From an uncultured Collinsella sp. (GTDB lineage: Bacteria > Actinomycetota > Coriobacteriia > Coriobacteriales > Coriobacteriaceae): a DNA stretch of 64,000 bases. A program made the position numbers and the translations under genes. The notes beneath the pieces were generated by a model that was not told the origin of the DNA, made no database searches, and was given only the letters and a program-made list of their open reading frames with translations. The DNA lies in contig UQHV01000014.1 in the NCBI GenBank assembly GCA_900540895.1, forward strand, positions 2,856 through 66,855, given 5' to 3'. Below, piece after piece: positions 29,936 through 38,845 of the stretch (within the stretch, counting starts at the first letter, position 1; every line of letters starts with the position of its first letter).

Positions 29936-30748
29936 ATGACAGCTATCGATCGAACGACGGCAGTCGCGGCCTTCAAGACCTATACCGATGCTTACGATGC
30001 CGCCAATCCGCGTATCGCGCTCAAAATCGAGCATACGTACCACGTTGCCGAGGTATGCGATGCCGTGGCGCGCGAACAGGACTGGTCACCGCAGGACATT
30101 GACCTAGCGTGGCTTTGCGGCCTGCTACACGATATGGGTCGCTTTGAACAGTTGCGACGCTGGGACACGTTTAAGGATGCCGAGAGTATGAGCCATGCGG
30201 AGTTGGGCGTCGAGGTTCTCTTTGGCAAAAACCCTGCAGACGCGCCCGCGACAACAAGTATCCGCGACTTTATCGACGATCCGGCAGAAGACGAGCTCAT
30301 CCGTGCAAGCATCGCCCACCACAGCGATTTTCGCCTACCCACGGAACTCGACACCCGCACGCGGAACTTCTGCGATATCGTGCGCGATGGCGACAAGATC
30401 GACATTATGCGCACCATCGCCGACAGCACCGTCGACACCATCCTCAAGGTTGATGAGGATACATTTCTTACCAGCCACTTCTCGGTACCGACGCTTGCCG
30501 CCTTTGACGAACACCGCTGCGTCGCACGCGACGAACGCGATGAGCCGGCCGACTACTTGGTGGGGCTCATCTGCTTTATGTTTGAGCTCGTCTATCCCGC
30601 AAGCCGCGCGCTGGCGCGCAAGCAGGGCGATATCTACCGCCTGCTCGACGCGCCCTTTGGTATCGTGCGGCCCTTTACCGATCCCGCCACGCAAGCGACC
30701 TGGGAGCGCTTAAAGGACGAGATGCGCGACTGGCTGGCGCGCGCCTAG
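29936..30748 (+). CDS. HD-domain phosphohydrolase
   Basis: KIEHT, GLLHDMGRFEQ, HAELG, HHS, RDGDKID. Confidence 0.88.
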   Translation: MTAIDRTTAVAAFKTYTDAYDAANPRIALKIEHTYHVAEVCDAVAREQDWSPQDIDLAWLCGLLHDMGRFEQLRRWDTFKDAESMSHAELGVEVLFGKNPADAPATTSIRDFIDDPAEDELIRASIAHHSDFRLPTELDTRTRNFCDIVRDGDKIDIMRTIADSTVDTILKVDEDTFLTSHFSVPTLAAFDEHRCVARDERDEPADYLVGLICFMFELVYPASRALARKQGDIYRLLDAPFGIVRPFTDPATQATWERLKDEMRDWLARA

Positions 30749-31950
30749 CGCTCGAGCTGGGCCAGGAGCTCCTCGACGACTTCGACGGCGTCGCCGACAA
30801 CTTTGTACTGCGCAGCGCCAAAGATGGGAGCATCCGGGTCCTCGTTGACGGCGATGATGCACTCCGCGCCGCCGATGCCGGCTAGGTGCTGGATAGCACC
30901 CGAAACGCCGATGCTCACGAGGAGCTTAGGCGAAACCGACACGCCGGTCTGGCCAATCTGGTGGCGGTACTCCAGCCAACCCGCCTCCACGACGGGACGC
31001 GTGCAACCAAGCTCGGCACCCAGCGCATCGGCGAGCTTTCGCATCAGAGGCAGATTCTTCTTGGAGCCAATGCCGCGGCCCACCACGACCAGGCGCTCGG
31101 CATCGGCAATTGATGCCTGCTGCCCCCACTCCTCGGCTGGAATCGAGATCTTGACGCGGGCCTTAACATCATCCGCCAGCGATACCTGGGTAATCGTGCC
31201 AGAGCGGCCGTAATCAAACTCGGGCGCTCCAAAGATGCCGGGACGCACCGTTGCCATCTGGGGACGATGATTGGGGCAGATAATGGTGGCCATCAAGTTG
31301 CCGCCAAACGCCGGGCGCGTCTGCTGCAGTAGGCCCGACTCCGCATCCATCGAAAGCACGGTGCAGTCGGCCGTAAGACCCGTCTGCGAACGCACGGCAA
31401 CGCCGGGTGCCAGTTCGCGACCAAAAGCGGTTGCACCATATAGGATGGCCTCGGGTTTGCGTTCGGCTGCCAAATCGCAGATCAAGCGGGCGTAGACCTC
31501 CGCATCGTTTTGGCGCAGGCGCTCGTCGCGACAGGCCAGGACTTCGTCGGCGCCCGCGCAAACCAGATGCTCCAGGTCCCCAAGCGAGCCCTCGGGGCTC
31601 ATGCCGACCAGTGCCACCAGACGGCAGCCGCGAGCATCGGCAAGCTCGCGCCCCTTGCCCATGAGCTCGTAGGCCACGGGAGCCACGGCATCGTGCTCGT
31701 CAGTCTGCACGAAGACCCAAACGTCTCGATATGCATCAAGGTCCACCGCACCAGCGGCCTCGTCACGCTCGATCGAGATAGCATTGACGGGGCAGGCGTC
31801 GACGCACCCACCGCATAGGATGCAGCCGTCAGTTACGCGGGCGCATCGGTTGGGTCGCTCGCCTTCCACTACGATGCCGCCCGAGGCACAGGCGCGAACG
31901 CAGCGACCGCAGCCGATACAGGCTTCGCTATCGATAATCAGTCCGCTCAT
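30745..31950 (-). CDS. etfA: Electron transfer flavoprotein alpha subunit with N-terminal 2x[4Fe-4S] ferredoxin domain
   Basis: Two CxxCxxCxxxC motifs; TGLTADCT, TRPAFGGN, PQMATVRPG, QIGQTG, SGAIQH. Confidence 0.92.
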   Translation of the reverse strand: MSGLIIDSEACIGCGRCVRACASGGIVVEGERPNRCARVTDGCILCGGCVDACPVNAISIERDEAAGAVDLDAYRDVWVFVQTDEHDAVAPVAYELMGKGRELADARGCRLVALVGMSPEGSLGDLEHLVCAGADEVLACRDERLRQNDAEVYARLICDLAAERKPEAILYGATAFGRELAPGVAVRSQTGLTADCTVLSMDAESGLLQQTRPAFGGNLMATIICPNHRPQMATVRPGIFGAPEFDYGRSGTITQVSLADDVKARVKISIPAEEWGQQASIADAERLVVVGRGIGSKKNLPLMRKLADALGAELGCTRPVVEAGWLEYRHQIGQTGVSVSPKLLVSIGVSGAIQHLAGIGGAECIIAVNEDPDAPIFGAAQYKVVGDAVEVVEELLAQLER

Positions 31951-32766
31951 CTATGCCATCCCCTCGATAATCTTGGCAAGTTTTACCGCCTGCTCGGACG
32001 CCGTTCCCTCAACGGCCTCGCACGTTTGATCACGGTCGGGCACAAACGAGCGCACGACCTGCGTCGGTGATCCGGCAAGGCCACAACGCGAGGGATCGGC
32101 GTTCGCGTCGGCGGCACTGACCACGCGCACGTCCGCCTCCTCTGCCGCGCGAATACCGGCAATACTCGGCATACGCAACTGGCCAATCTCCTTGGCAGTC
32201 GTCATCGCGCACGGCATCTCCAGATATACCGTTTCCTCGCCGGCGTCACAGCCGTGGACAAGCGCCAGCGAGCCGCAAGTCGTAAAGCCCGCGCTCTGCA
32301 CGCAATTCACGTCGGTCACGCAGGGAATCTCAAATGCTCCGGCAAGCTCGGGACCAATCTGGGCCGTATCGCCGTCAACTGCCATCTTGCCGCAAATGAG
32401 CAGGTCAAAGTCATCATCGAGCGCCTCGATGCCACATTTGAGGGCATAGGTGGTAGCCAGGGTATCGGCACCCGCAAAGGCGCGATCGGTTAGCAACAGC
32501 GCGTCATCGGCGCCGCGGGCGATGCAGTCGCGCAGCAGCGACTCGGTCGCGGGGATGCCCATCGACACCACCGTCACGCGCGCATCCATACCAAAGCCGA
32601 TAAAGTCGTCCTTCAGCGCCAGCGCGCATTCCAAAGCGCTCGCATCAAAGGGATTAATGACCGCCTGCTTGCCGTCACGCACGATGGTATTGGTTTTGGG
32701 GTCCATCTTGACCTCGGTGCTTCCCGGCACCGCCTTGACGCACACCACCATATGGAATTCGCTCAT
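31951..32766 (-). CDS. etfB: Electron transfer flavoprotein beta subunit
   Basis: VCVKAVP, INPFD, SMG, FAGADTLAT, GKMAVDGDTAQIGP, GLAGSPT. Confidence 0.93.
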   Translation of the reverse strand: MSEFHMVVCVKAVPGSTEVKMDPKTNTIVRDGKQAVINPFDASALECALALKDDFIGFGMDARVTVVSMGIPATESLLRDCIARGADDALLLTDRAFAGADTLATTYALKCGIEALDDDFDLLICGKMAVDGDTAQIGPELAGAFEIPCVTDVNCVQSAGFTTCGSLALVHGCDAGEETVYLEMPCAMTTAKEIGQLRMPSIAGIRAAEEADVRVVSAADANADPSRCGLAGSPTQVVRSFVPDRDQTCEAVEGTASEQAVKLAKIIEGMA

Positions 32767-32768
32767 CT

Positions 32769-34370
32769 TCACGCGCCCCCTTTCTGGACAAGTTCATCCA
32801 AGAGCTTCTCCGAAAATAGGTTGCCGCGGCCGAGCTGTCCAGCAGGGTCGAGTTGGAGCTTGAGCCGAGCCGATTCGACCATGGCCTCGTGGCCGTACAT
32901 CGTCTCCAAGAAGCCCGCCTTGATCTTGCCGACGCCGTGTTCTGCGGAGACGGCACCGCCCATGACCGTGACCTCGGAAGCCCACTGGGCAAAGAGTTCT
33001 CCGCCGCGGCGATAATCCTGCGCATCGCGCGGCAGAATGTTCACATGCAGATGGTTGTTACCGATGTGCCCCCAGGCGGCAGATTCAAGCCCACTTTCGG
33101 CCAACGTGCGGCGATAAAGGGCGATGACATCGCCCAAGCGTGCGTTGGGCACCGACATGTCCGAGCCCAGTTTGGTGATGGCGGGATCCGTGCGGCGACG
33201 CTCGTCGATGAGCATGTTGACGCTCTCGGGCACCGCATGGCGGAAGAACCGCTGGCATTCGCGATCGACCTCGGTGCGCGCAACCCAGGTCGCGTCGTCG
33301 CGGCCACCCGCAAGCTCCAAAACCCATCCCAGGTGGTACAGCTCCTCGGTCGCCTGCGCCTCGTCGTCACAGTCGAGCTCCACGTAGACACAGACCTTGG
33401 CCTCTTTGTCGAGCGCTGGCAGCGAGGCAAACGCCGTCGACTGCTCGCGCTGGCAACGTAGAATATCCAGGGCGCCAGCGTCGAAGTACTCGATGGCAGC
33501 CGCATGGGACAGGACGGGACGCACGGAATCGGTAAAGGACACGGCCTTGTCTTCGCTATCGAAAAAGCAGCTCACACCCCAAACGACCGCAGGCGCCGCC
33601 TGCAGGGCAATCTCGAGCTCGGTGATAACGCCGAGCGTGCCGCAAGCACCGATAAAGAGGTCGATGGCGTCCATTTCGTCCGCAACGAAATAGCCTGAGG
33701 CATTTTTTGTCTTGGGCATGGTATAGCCGGGAAGATCGAGCTCGAGCGTACGGCCCGCTGCCGTCACGAGCGACAGGTGGCGGCCCTGGGCAAAAGCCTC
33801 GCCGCGCTGAAGCTCAAGCAAATCGCCATCAGCCAGTGCGACGTGGAGTCCCGTGATATGTGGGCGCATGGGACCGTAGACGTAGCTGCGGGCACCAGAG
33901 GCGTTACATGCCGCCATGCCGCCCAGACAGGCAGACGTCTCGGTGGGATCGGTGGGAAAGAACTGCTCGGGGGCCTCTTGGAACTCCTCGTAGGCCTCAA
34001 GCGATGCCTGGTCCCAACCAGCAGTCGGCAGCACCTTCTTGCTCAGCTGCTTGCGCAGCTCCGAGAGCACAACGCCCGGCTCCACGCGCAGCAGAAATTG
34101 GCCTTGTTCATCGCGGCGAAGGCCCAAGTAGCGATTCATACGGGAAGTATTGAGGATATGCCCGCCGTGGGGCACGGCACCGGCGGCAAGGCCGGTTCGG
34201 GCGCCCTGAACCGTTACCGGGGCACGCTCGGCATGGAGCTTTTCCAAAATGGCACGGACCTCGTCTTCCGTTGTCGGAAACGAGATGCTCGAGGCCTCGC
34301 CCGATGCGCGAGACTCATCGCGACCATACTCTTCGAACTCGTCGGTGAAGGGTTTGATGGTTACAGACAC
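32769..34370 (-). CDS. FAD-binding 2-hydroxy-acid dehydrogenase (GlcD/LctD-like)
   Basis: GARTGLAAGAVP, VEPGV, DPTETSACLGG..NASG, GTLGVIT, GHIGNNHLH, SAEHGVG. Confidence 0.88.
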   Translation of the reverse strand: MSVTIKPFTDEFEEYGRDESRASGEASSISFPTTEDEVRAILEKLHAERAPVTVQGARTGLAAGAVPHGGHILNTSRMNRYLGLRRDEQGQFLLRVEPGVVLSELRKQLSKKVLPTAGWDQASLEAYEEFQEAPEQFFPTDPTETSACLGGMAACNASGARSYVYGPMRPHITGLHVALADGDLLELQRGEAFAQGRHLSLVTAAGRTLELDLPGYTMPKTKNASGYFVADEMDAIDLFIGACGTLGVITELEIALQAAPAVVWGVSCFFDSEDKAVSFTDSVRPVLSHAAAIEYFDAGALDILRCQREQSTAFASLPALDKEAKVCVYVELDCDDEAQATEELYHLGWVLELAGGRDDATWVARTEVDRECQRFFRHAVPESVNMLIDERRRTDPAITKLGSDMSVPNARLGDVIALYRRTLAESGLESAAWGHIGNNHLHVNILPRDAQDYRRGGELFAQWASEVTVMGGAVSAEHGVGKIKAGFLETMYGHEAMVESARLKLQLDPAGQLGRGNLFSEKLLDELVQKGGA

Positions 34371-34716
34371 GCGAACTCCCCCTTTAGCTAACTACAGTGT
34401 TTGCAGGGAGATGTTACCGCATCGTTTCGTCGACGTGTTCGAGACCGTCTCCATAATTGGCGATTTTTACGTTCGGGCAATTCGGCGAGCGGCTTGATTT
34501 CCTCGGCAGACGATGCTTTTGGCACATATGGCCCCGCCGTCGCCGACCGCGCGATTGTCGCTTGAAAAAAGTTGGAGTATTTTTTGCCGCCTTTTACCTG
34601 CGGAGACACCAATCCGTCAAGCATTTGGTCAGCAATTGGTCAAGTAGTGGCTGATACCGTCGGCATCGACAGCCAAAACCGACAGAAGTTTTGGCCCCAG
34701 AAGCAGGGAGGTTCCC

Positions 34717-35013
34717 ATGGCATATTACTGGCCCCAGTACGGCATCGCCATCGAAGTCGACGACGATCCCCATCTCCTGCCTTTCGACGAAGAGGCATTC
34801 CCCGATACGACGGTCTACCACGTTACCACCGATGTGATCTGCGACCCCGAGTCGTTCTCGGCGCTCGCCCACCGCATCGCGCATATCCACGACATCGAGC
34901 TCCCTCCCAACTTCGACGAGCTTGTCTACTCACGCCGCCTGATGCTTCACATGCTCTTTGGAGCGAACCCGTCCACCTTTGTGCGCATCTATACCGCCAA
35001 GGATACCGCATGA
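34717..35013 (+). CDS. Small protein resembling a degenerate DUF559/Vsr-like C-terminal domain
   Basis: GGGAGG RBS; YWPQYGIAIEVD..TVYHVT..D..SF..LA pattern; ATGA overlap with the next gene. Confidence 0.6.
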   Translation: MAYYWPQYGIAIEVDDDPHLLPFDEEAFPDTTVYHVTTDVICDPESFSALAHRIAHIHDIELPPNFDELVYSRRLMLHMLFGANPSTFVRIYTAKDTA

Positions 35014-35519
35014 GCGCGAAGAAGCCACCCCACTTTGCAGGCCTGGGTCGTCGCAAGAAGCTCATCGTTGCCTGCTTGGCCATCGTCTGTGCCCTTGTCG
35101 CCGTAGGACTATACGCTTGGCAGTCGCAGCCCGTACCCGAGGCGGGCGCTTCGGTTACGACGGCCGAGGGCAAAACGCGTCAGGAAATCCAAGATGAGCT
35201 CGACGCCATCGTCCGCGACAACATGATGACGATTTCGGTCGCACCGGTCGCTCAGCTGCAGGAGGACGGCAAGCTGCGCGTCAACGTGCAAAACGTCCAA
35301 GACAATAAATTTCCCCAGCGATTCCGCGTCATCCAAAACGACGAGACCATGTACGAATCCGGTGTGGTCGAGACCGGCAAGACAATCGAAACGTGCCCCG
35401 CCGGCGACATCAAAGAAGGCGAGGCGTACATCGAGATCCAGGCACTCGATGCCAAGACCCTCGACAGCCACGGCAATCCGACACGTGTCAAGGTGCGGGT
35501 TGAGCAAGCCGAGAACTAG
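35010..35519 (+). CDS. N-terminally membrane-anchored extracellular protein (surface-cluster accessory)
   Basis: Basic N-terminus plus TM helix, then EIQDELDAIV..NMMTISV, N..DN.F, YESG; start reassigned to ATG 35010. Confidence 0.75.
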   Translation: MSAKKPPHFAGLGRRKKLIVACLAIVCALVAVGLYAWQSQPVPEAGASVTTAEGKTRQEIQDELDAIVRDNMMTISVAPVAQLQEDGKLRVNVQNVQDNKFPQRFRVIQNDETMYESGVVETGKTIETCPAGDIKEGEAYIEIQALDAKTLDSHGNPTRVKVRVEQAEN

Positions 35520-35609
35520 CTTTTCCGGCCGACGCGGCACCGTACGCAATTCACCAGCATTCGTCCAATCATCGCGGGGACGGCCCGCGGCGAATAGAAA
35601 GGAACGACC

Positions 35610-36209
35610 ATGGACATCACCAGGAACATGAACGGAGCCAGAGCGCTCGTCGTGGGCGCAGGGCTCGCGCTCGCGCTCGCAATGGGCGCCGCCCCGACGC
35701 CAGCTATGGCGGCCGGGCGCGTTGGAACCACGAAAGTAATGGTCAGGACCGAGATCGACAACGTTGAGTTCAAAGTTCCGACGGTTATTCCCTTCGTCGC
35801 CAAGGCCGACGGCACGCTTCAGGGCCCCTCAGAAGACGCGACCACCATCGACAATCATTCGGCCTACGGCATCCATGTCACCAACATGAAGATCGACGCC
35901 ATGAACACCTGGACCATTGCTGCCGACGCCAAGGCCGGAACCGCGCAGAACTCCATCGACTTTAAGGTCGGCCCCGACGGAGCACTCCAGAACGCCAGCG
36001 CCGCAATGCAGGGGACGGGCCTCGATCTTTCCAAGAACGCAGCCTTCGACATGGGCTACCAGGGCATTGCCGGCGGCACGGACAAAATTAAGCTCAAGAC
36101 AAGCGGAAACGTCGCCCGCGTCACGCGCGACATCTTCCGCGTAACCGGCGAAGGCGATCAGGCTGCAACGATCACCTGGACGGTCGAGCCCGGTGCGCAC
36201 GCGGCATAA
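35610..36209 (+). CDS. Secreted beta-rich surface protein, WxL/fimbrial-subunit-like
   Basis: GAAAGGAA RBS, signal peptide ending AMA-A, VPTVIPF, C-terminal ATITWTV. Confidence 0.7.
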   Translation: MDITRNMNGARALVVGAGLALALAMGAAPTPAMAAGRVGTTKVMVRTEIDNVEFKVPTVIPFVAKADGTLQGPSEDATTIDNHSAYGIHVTNMKIDAMNTWTIAADAKAGTAQNSIDFKVGPDGALQNASAAMQGTGLDLSKNAAFDMGYQGIAGGTDKIKLKTSGNVARVTRDIFRVTGEGDQAATITWTVEPGAHAA

Positions 36210-36474
36210 GGCCGTCGCCCTGGCCGCCGCCGTCAGCATCCTAGCGTTTGGGCCAGCCATGGCCTTTGCCCAGCAAGAACAGGCGCAGGCCGCCACGCAA
36301 GTGACGGTCGACCTCTCGGAGCTCGACCGCGGCGACCGCGAGGAACCGTTGGCGCAGACAGGCGACAGACGATGGCTCTTGGCAGCAGGCGCCACAGCAG
36401 CAGGCGCGGGGACCGCCGGCCTCGGGCTGCACATCAAACGCAGCCAGAAACAAAACACGGACAGGCCGCACTAA
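36193..36474 (+). CDS. Tiny sortase-anchored protein (LAQTG)
   Basis: Signal peptide, ~25-aa mature part, PLAQTGD, hydrophobic stretch and basic tail. Confidence 0.65.
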   Translation: MRTRHKAVALAAAVSILAFGPAMAFAQQEQAQAATQVTVDLSELDRGDREEPLAQTGDRRWLLAAGATAAGAGTAGLGLHIKRSQKQNTDRPH

Positions 36475-36492
36475 ATTAGCTAAGGAGACCCC

Positions 36493-37923
36493 ATGGCATC
36501 GAAGAACCTTTTGCCCGTCGTCGCACTCTGCGGCGCGCTCGCAACCGGAACGCCTGTCGCCGCTTGGGCGACTCCCGTCATGGCAGACTCCTTACCAGCA
36601 GCCCTAAGCTCCGCACCAAATCCGTCGAGCGCCATTGCGTGCAAGCGTTTTTCGATCGCACAGGCCGCAATCTCGACCTCGGGATGCCTTCGTCGTAATA
36701 CGGACGGCTCGATAGTCGTGGATATCAATCGTTCGAACAAGGCAAACGGCTCCCAGGCGGGGTGCGCCGTCTGCACGTGGCGCTCGGTTGTGCTCGATGC
36801 AGATGGCGATCCATGCAATTTAGAGCTGCGCATCGACATCGCTTCGATCGATGACTCGGCGAACGGAGCGAAGGTCGCCTTCGACGGTACGTTTTTCGAG
36901 AAAGGAGGCGGTATATGTCTGGGCTGCGCCGCCGCGAATGCAGACGACACGCAGCCCACCCTCTCATTCACGGCATCGTTGCGGCTGACCAAAGCCGGCA
37001 CCGATGCCATCGCGGCGGGAGAAGCGTCCCTGCTGTTCTACGCCGTCAGTACCAAAGACACAGACGCTCATTTCGAGAAGCCAGCCGGATCACTCAGCCT
37101 TACACGAGGGATAGAGGCAGGCCCTATTGAAATCGATGCCCGCGCGCAAAGCAGGCAACGCATTCTTGCCGACCCGGCGCTTCTCGAAATGGAGTGGAAC
37201 GGATCCGGAGCCATCGGAATTCTCCCCTCCGCGTTTGACGCCAAGACGCTCCCCCCAAACGACGAACCCATCAACGCAACCATACAAGAAGAGAGCGCGG
37301 ACAAAGAAGCAGGTGCGGGCGACACGCCGTCGCCGACAAACAGCGTCCCAGCTTCTTTCGAAGCGCCGAATGAGCCCGCTGCCGATCCAAACGATCCCGA
37401 GTTCGCGGACAGTCTGGGGCTTGCTGATCCTCAAGAGATCGATGAAGGTAACTGCTGCGTGCTTGCCGCGCTCGACCACACGGAGGTCATCGACGCTGCG
37501 AACATCGAAGTTGCCGCCGCCAATCAGCCCGTCCGCAAGTCGGCTATCATCGCATTTCCTGAATCCATCGAAGTCGTCTTTTTGCCATCGGGCGAGGTCG
37601 TGGCCCCAACACTGCTCACCTTGTTGGGCGCCAAGAATACTCGAAACGAAATTAAAAAGGTCACGGTTGTCGACCCTGCAACCACCGCCAAGCTGCGTCT
37701 ATACGCCGTTGCTCCAGACGGAGGCAAGACCTTGGAATTCGATGGTGACACACTCCTAGCCTGGCGACGTCTGGACATTATGCAAGACGTCTCGTATCAG
37801 ATCGAACTCGAAGGGTTTGATCGTGCCCGCGATGCCAATATCATCGCCGCGGCTATTGAATCCCCGCAGCGGCTTATGACACTGCGCTTTGAATACTATC
37901 CCTATGTCCCGACAACCACCTGA
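36493..37923 (+). CDS. Large secreted hypothetical protein
   Basis: TAAGGAG RBS, signal peptide, Cys-containing beta-rich N-domain, acidic Pro-rich linker, C-terminal domain. Confidence 0.65.
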   Translation: MASKNLLPVVALCGALATGTPVAAWATPVMADSLPAALSSAPNPSSAIACKRFSIAQAAISTSGCLRRNTDGSIVVDINRSNKANGSQAGCAVCTWRSVVLDADGDPCNLELRIDIASIDDSANGAKVAFDGTFFEKGGGICLGCAAANADDTQPTLSFTASLRLTKAGTDAIAAGEASLLFYAVSTKDTDAHFEKPAGSLSLTRGIEAGPIEIDARAQSRQRILADPALLEMEWNGSGAIGILPSAFDAKTLPPNDEPINATIQEESADKEAGAGDTPSPTNSVPASFEAPNEPAADPNDPEFADSLGLADPQEIDEGNCCVLAALDHTEVIDAANIEVAAANQPVRKSAIIAFPESIEVVFLPSGEVVAPTLLTLLGAKNTRNEIKKVTVVDPATTAKLRLYAVAPDGGKTLEFDGDTLLAWRRLDIMQDVSYQIELEGFDRARDANIIAAAIESPQRLMTLRFEYYPYVPTTT

Positions 37924-38041
37924 GGCTTAAATGCTGCACATCATTCCTAACACCACTTATATAACGTATTAGATGAGTCGCGATGTGCCTCGCATTTCGT
38001 TCTGCTACGATTGCCACGTTGGCATCAATACAGGAGGGCTC

Positions 38042-38758
38042 ATGCCGGGCTTGGGAACAATCATCAACGTTGTGCTTTTAGTTGCGGGCGGTCTTTTGGG
38101 ATTAGCGGGCGGCCGCTTCATCACACCGCGCATCCAAGACACGCTCATGAAAGCATCGGGGCTGTGCGTCCTGTTTATCGGCCTTGGCGGCACCATGCAA
38201 AAGATGCTCCTTATCGATGGGAAGGCGCTAGCGACCACCGGCACCACCATGCTCATCGTCTCATTTGCGCTCGGTTCGCTCATCGGCGAGGCCGTCAACT
38301 TGGAAGCCGCCATCGAGAACCTTGGCGAATGGCTCAAGCGCAAGACCGGCAGTGAGGGCGATAACGAGTTCACCAACGCTTTTGTCTCGACTTCACTCAC
38401 CGTGTGTATCGGCGCCATGGCAATTGTGGGATCGATCCAGGACGGCCTGCTCGGCGACTGGTCAACGCTTGCCCTCAAGGGCGCACTGGACTGCATCATC
38501 GTCTGCACCATGACGGCGTCGCTCGGACGCGGCTGCATCTTCTCGGCCCTGCCCGTAGCCGTGTTCCAGGGGACGATCACGTTGTTTGCCGGCGCGCTCT
38601 CCCCCATCATGACCACAGCAGCCCTCAACAGCCTTTCGCTCGTAGGCTCCATGCTCATCTTCTGCGTCGGCGTCAACCTCATCCGTCCTCAGACCTTCCG
38701 CACGGCCAATATGCTCCCCTCCGTCGTCATCGCCGTCATCTACGCCCTCCTGTTCTAA
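38042..38758 (+). CDS. DUF554 (YdfK/YqgA-like) membrane protein
   Basis: GLGTIIN, GSLIGE, CIGAMAIVGSIQDG, NMLPS; AGGAGG RBS. Confidence 0.88.
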   Translation: MPGLGTIINVVLLVAGGLLGLAGGRFITPRIQDTLMKASGLCVLFIGLGGTMQKMLLIDGKALATTGTTMLIVSFALGSLIGEAVNLEAAIENLGEWLKRKTGSEGDNEFTNAFVSTSLTVCIGAMAIVGSIQDGLLGDWSTLALKGALDCIIVCTMTASLGRGCIFSALPVAVFQGTITLFAGALSPIMTTAALNSLSLVGSMLIFCVGVNLIRPQTFRTANMLPSVVIAVIYALLF

Positions 38759-38779
38759 ATCTATCAACGCAGCGGTATC

Positions 38780-38795
38780 TCGAACACCTGTTTGA
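38780..38795 (+). promoter_or_regulatory. LexA (SOS)-like box upstream of the Shango-like operon
   Basis: TCGAACACCTGTTTGA, one mismatch to TCGAAC-N4-GTTCGA, just upstream of an extended -10 TGCTATGAT. Confidence 0.6.
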
Positions 38796-38845
38796 TGCTG
38801 TGCTATGATATGAGGTCACCGTAGCTGCGTTCGAGAGGAGGAGCG

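Noticed and set aside
34572..35009. N-terminal extension of track ORF 34572-35519
   Set aside because: Arg/Pro-rich off-frame sequence overlapping the RBS-supported ORF 34717-35013; the true start is more likely ATG 35010.
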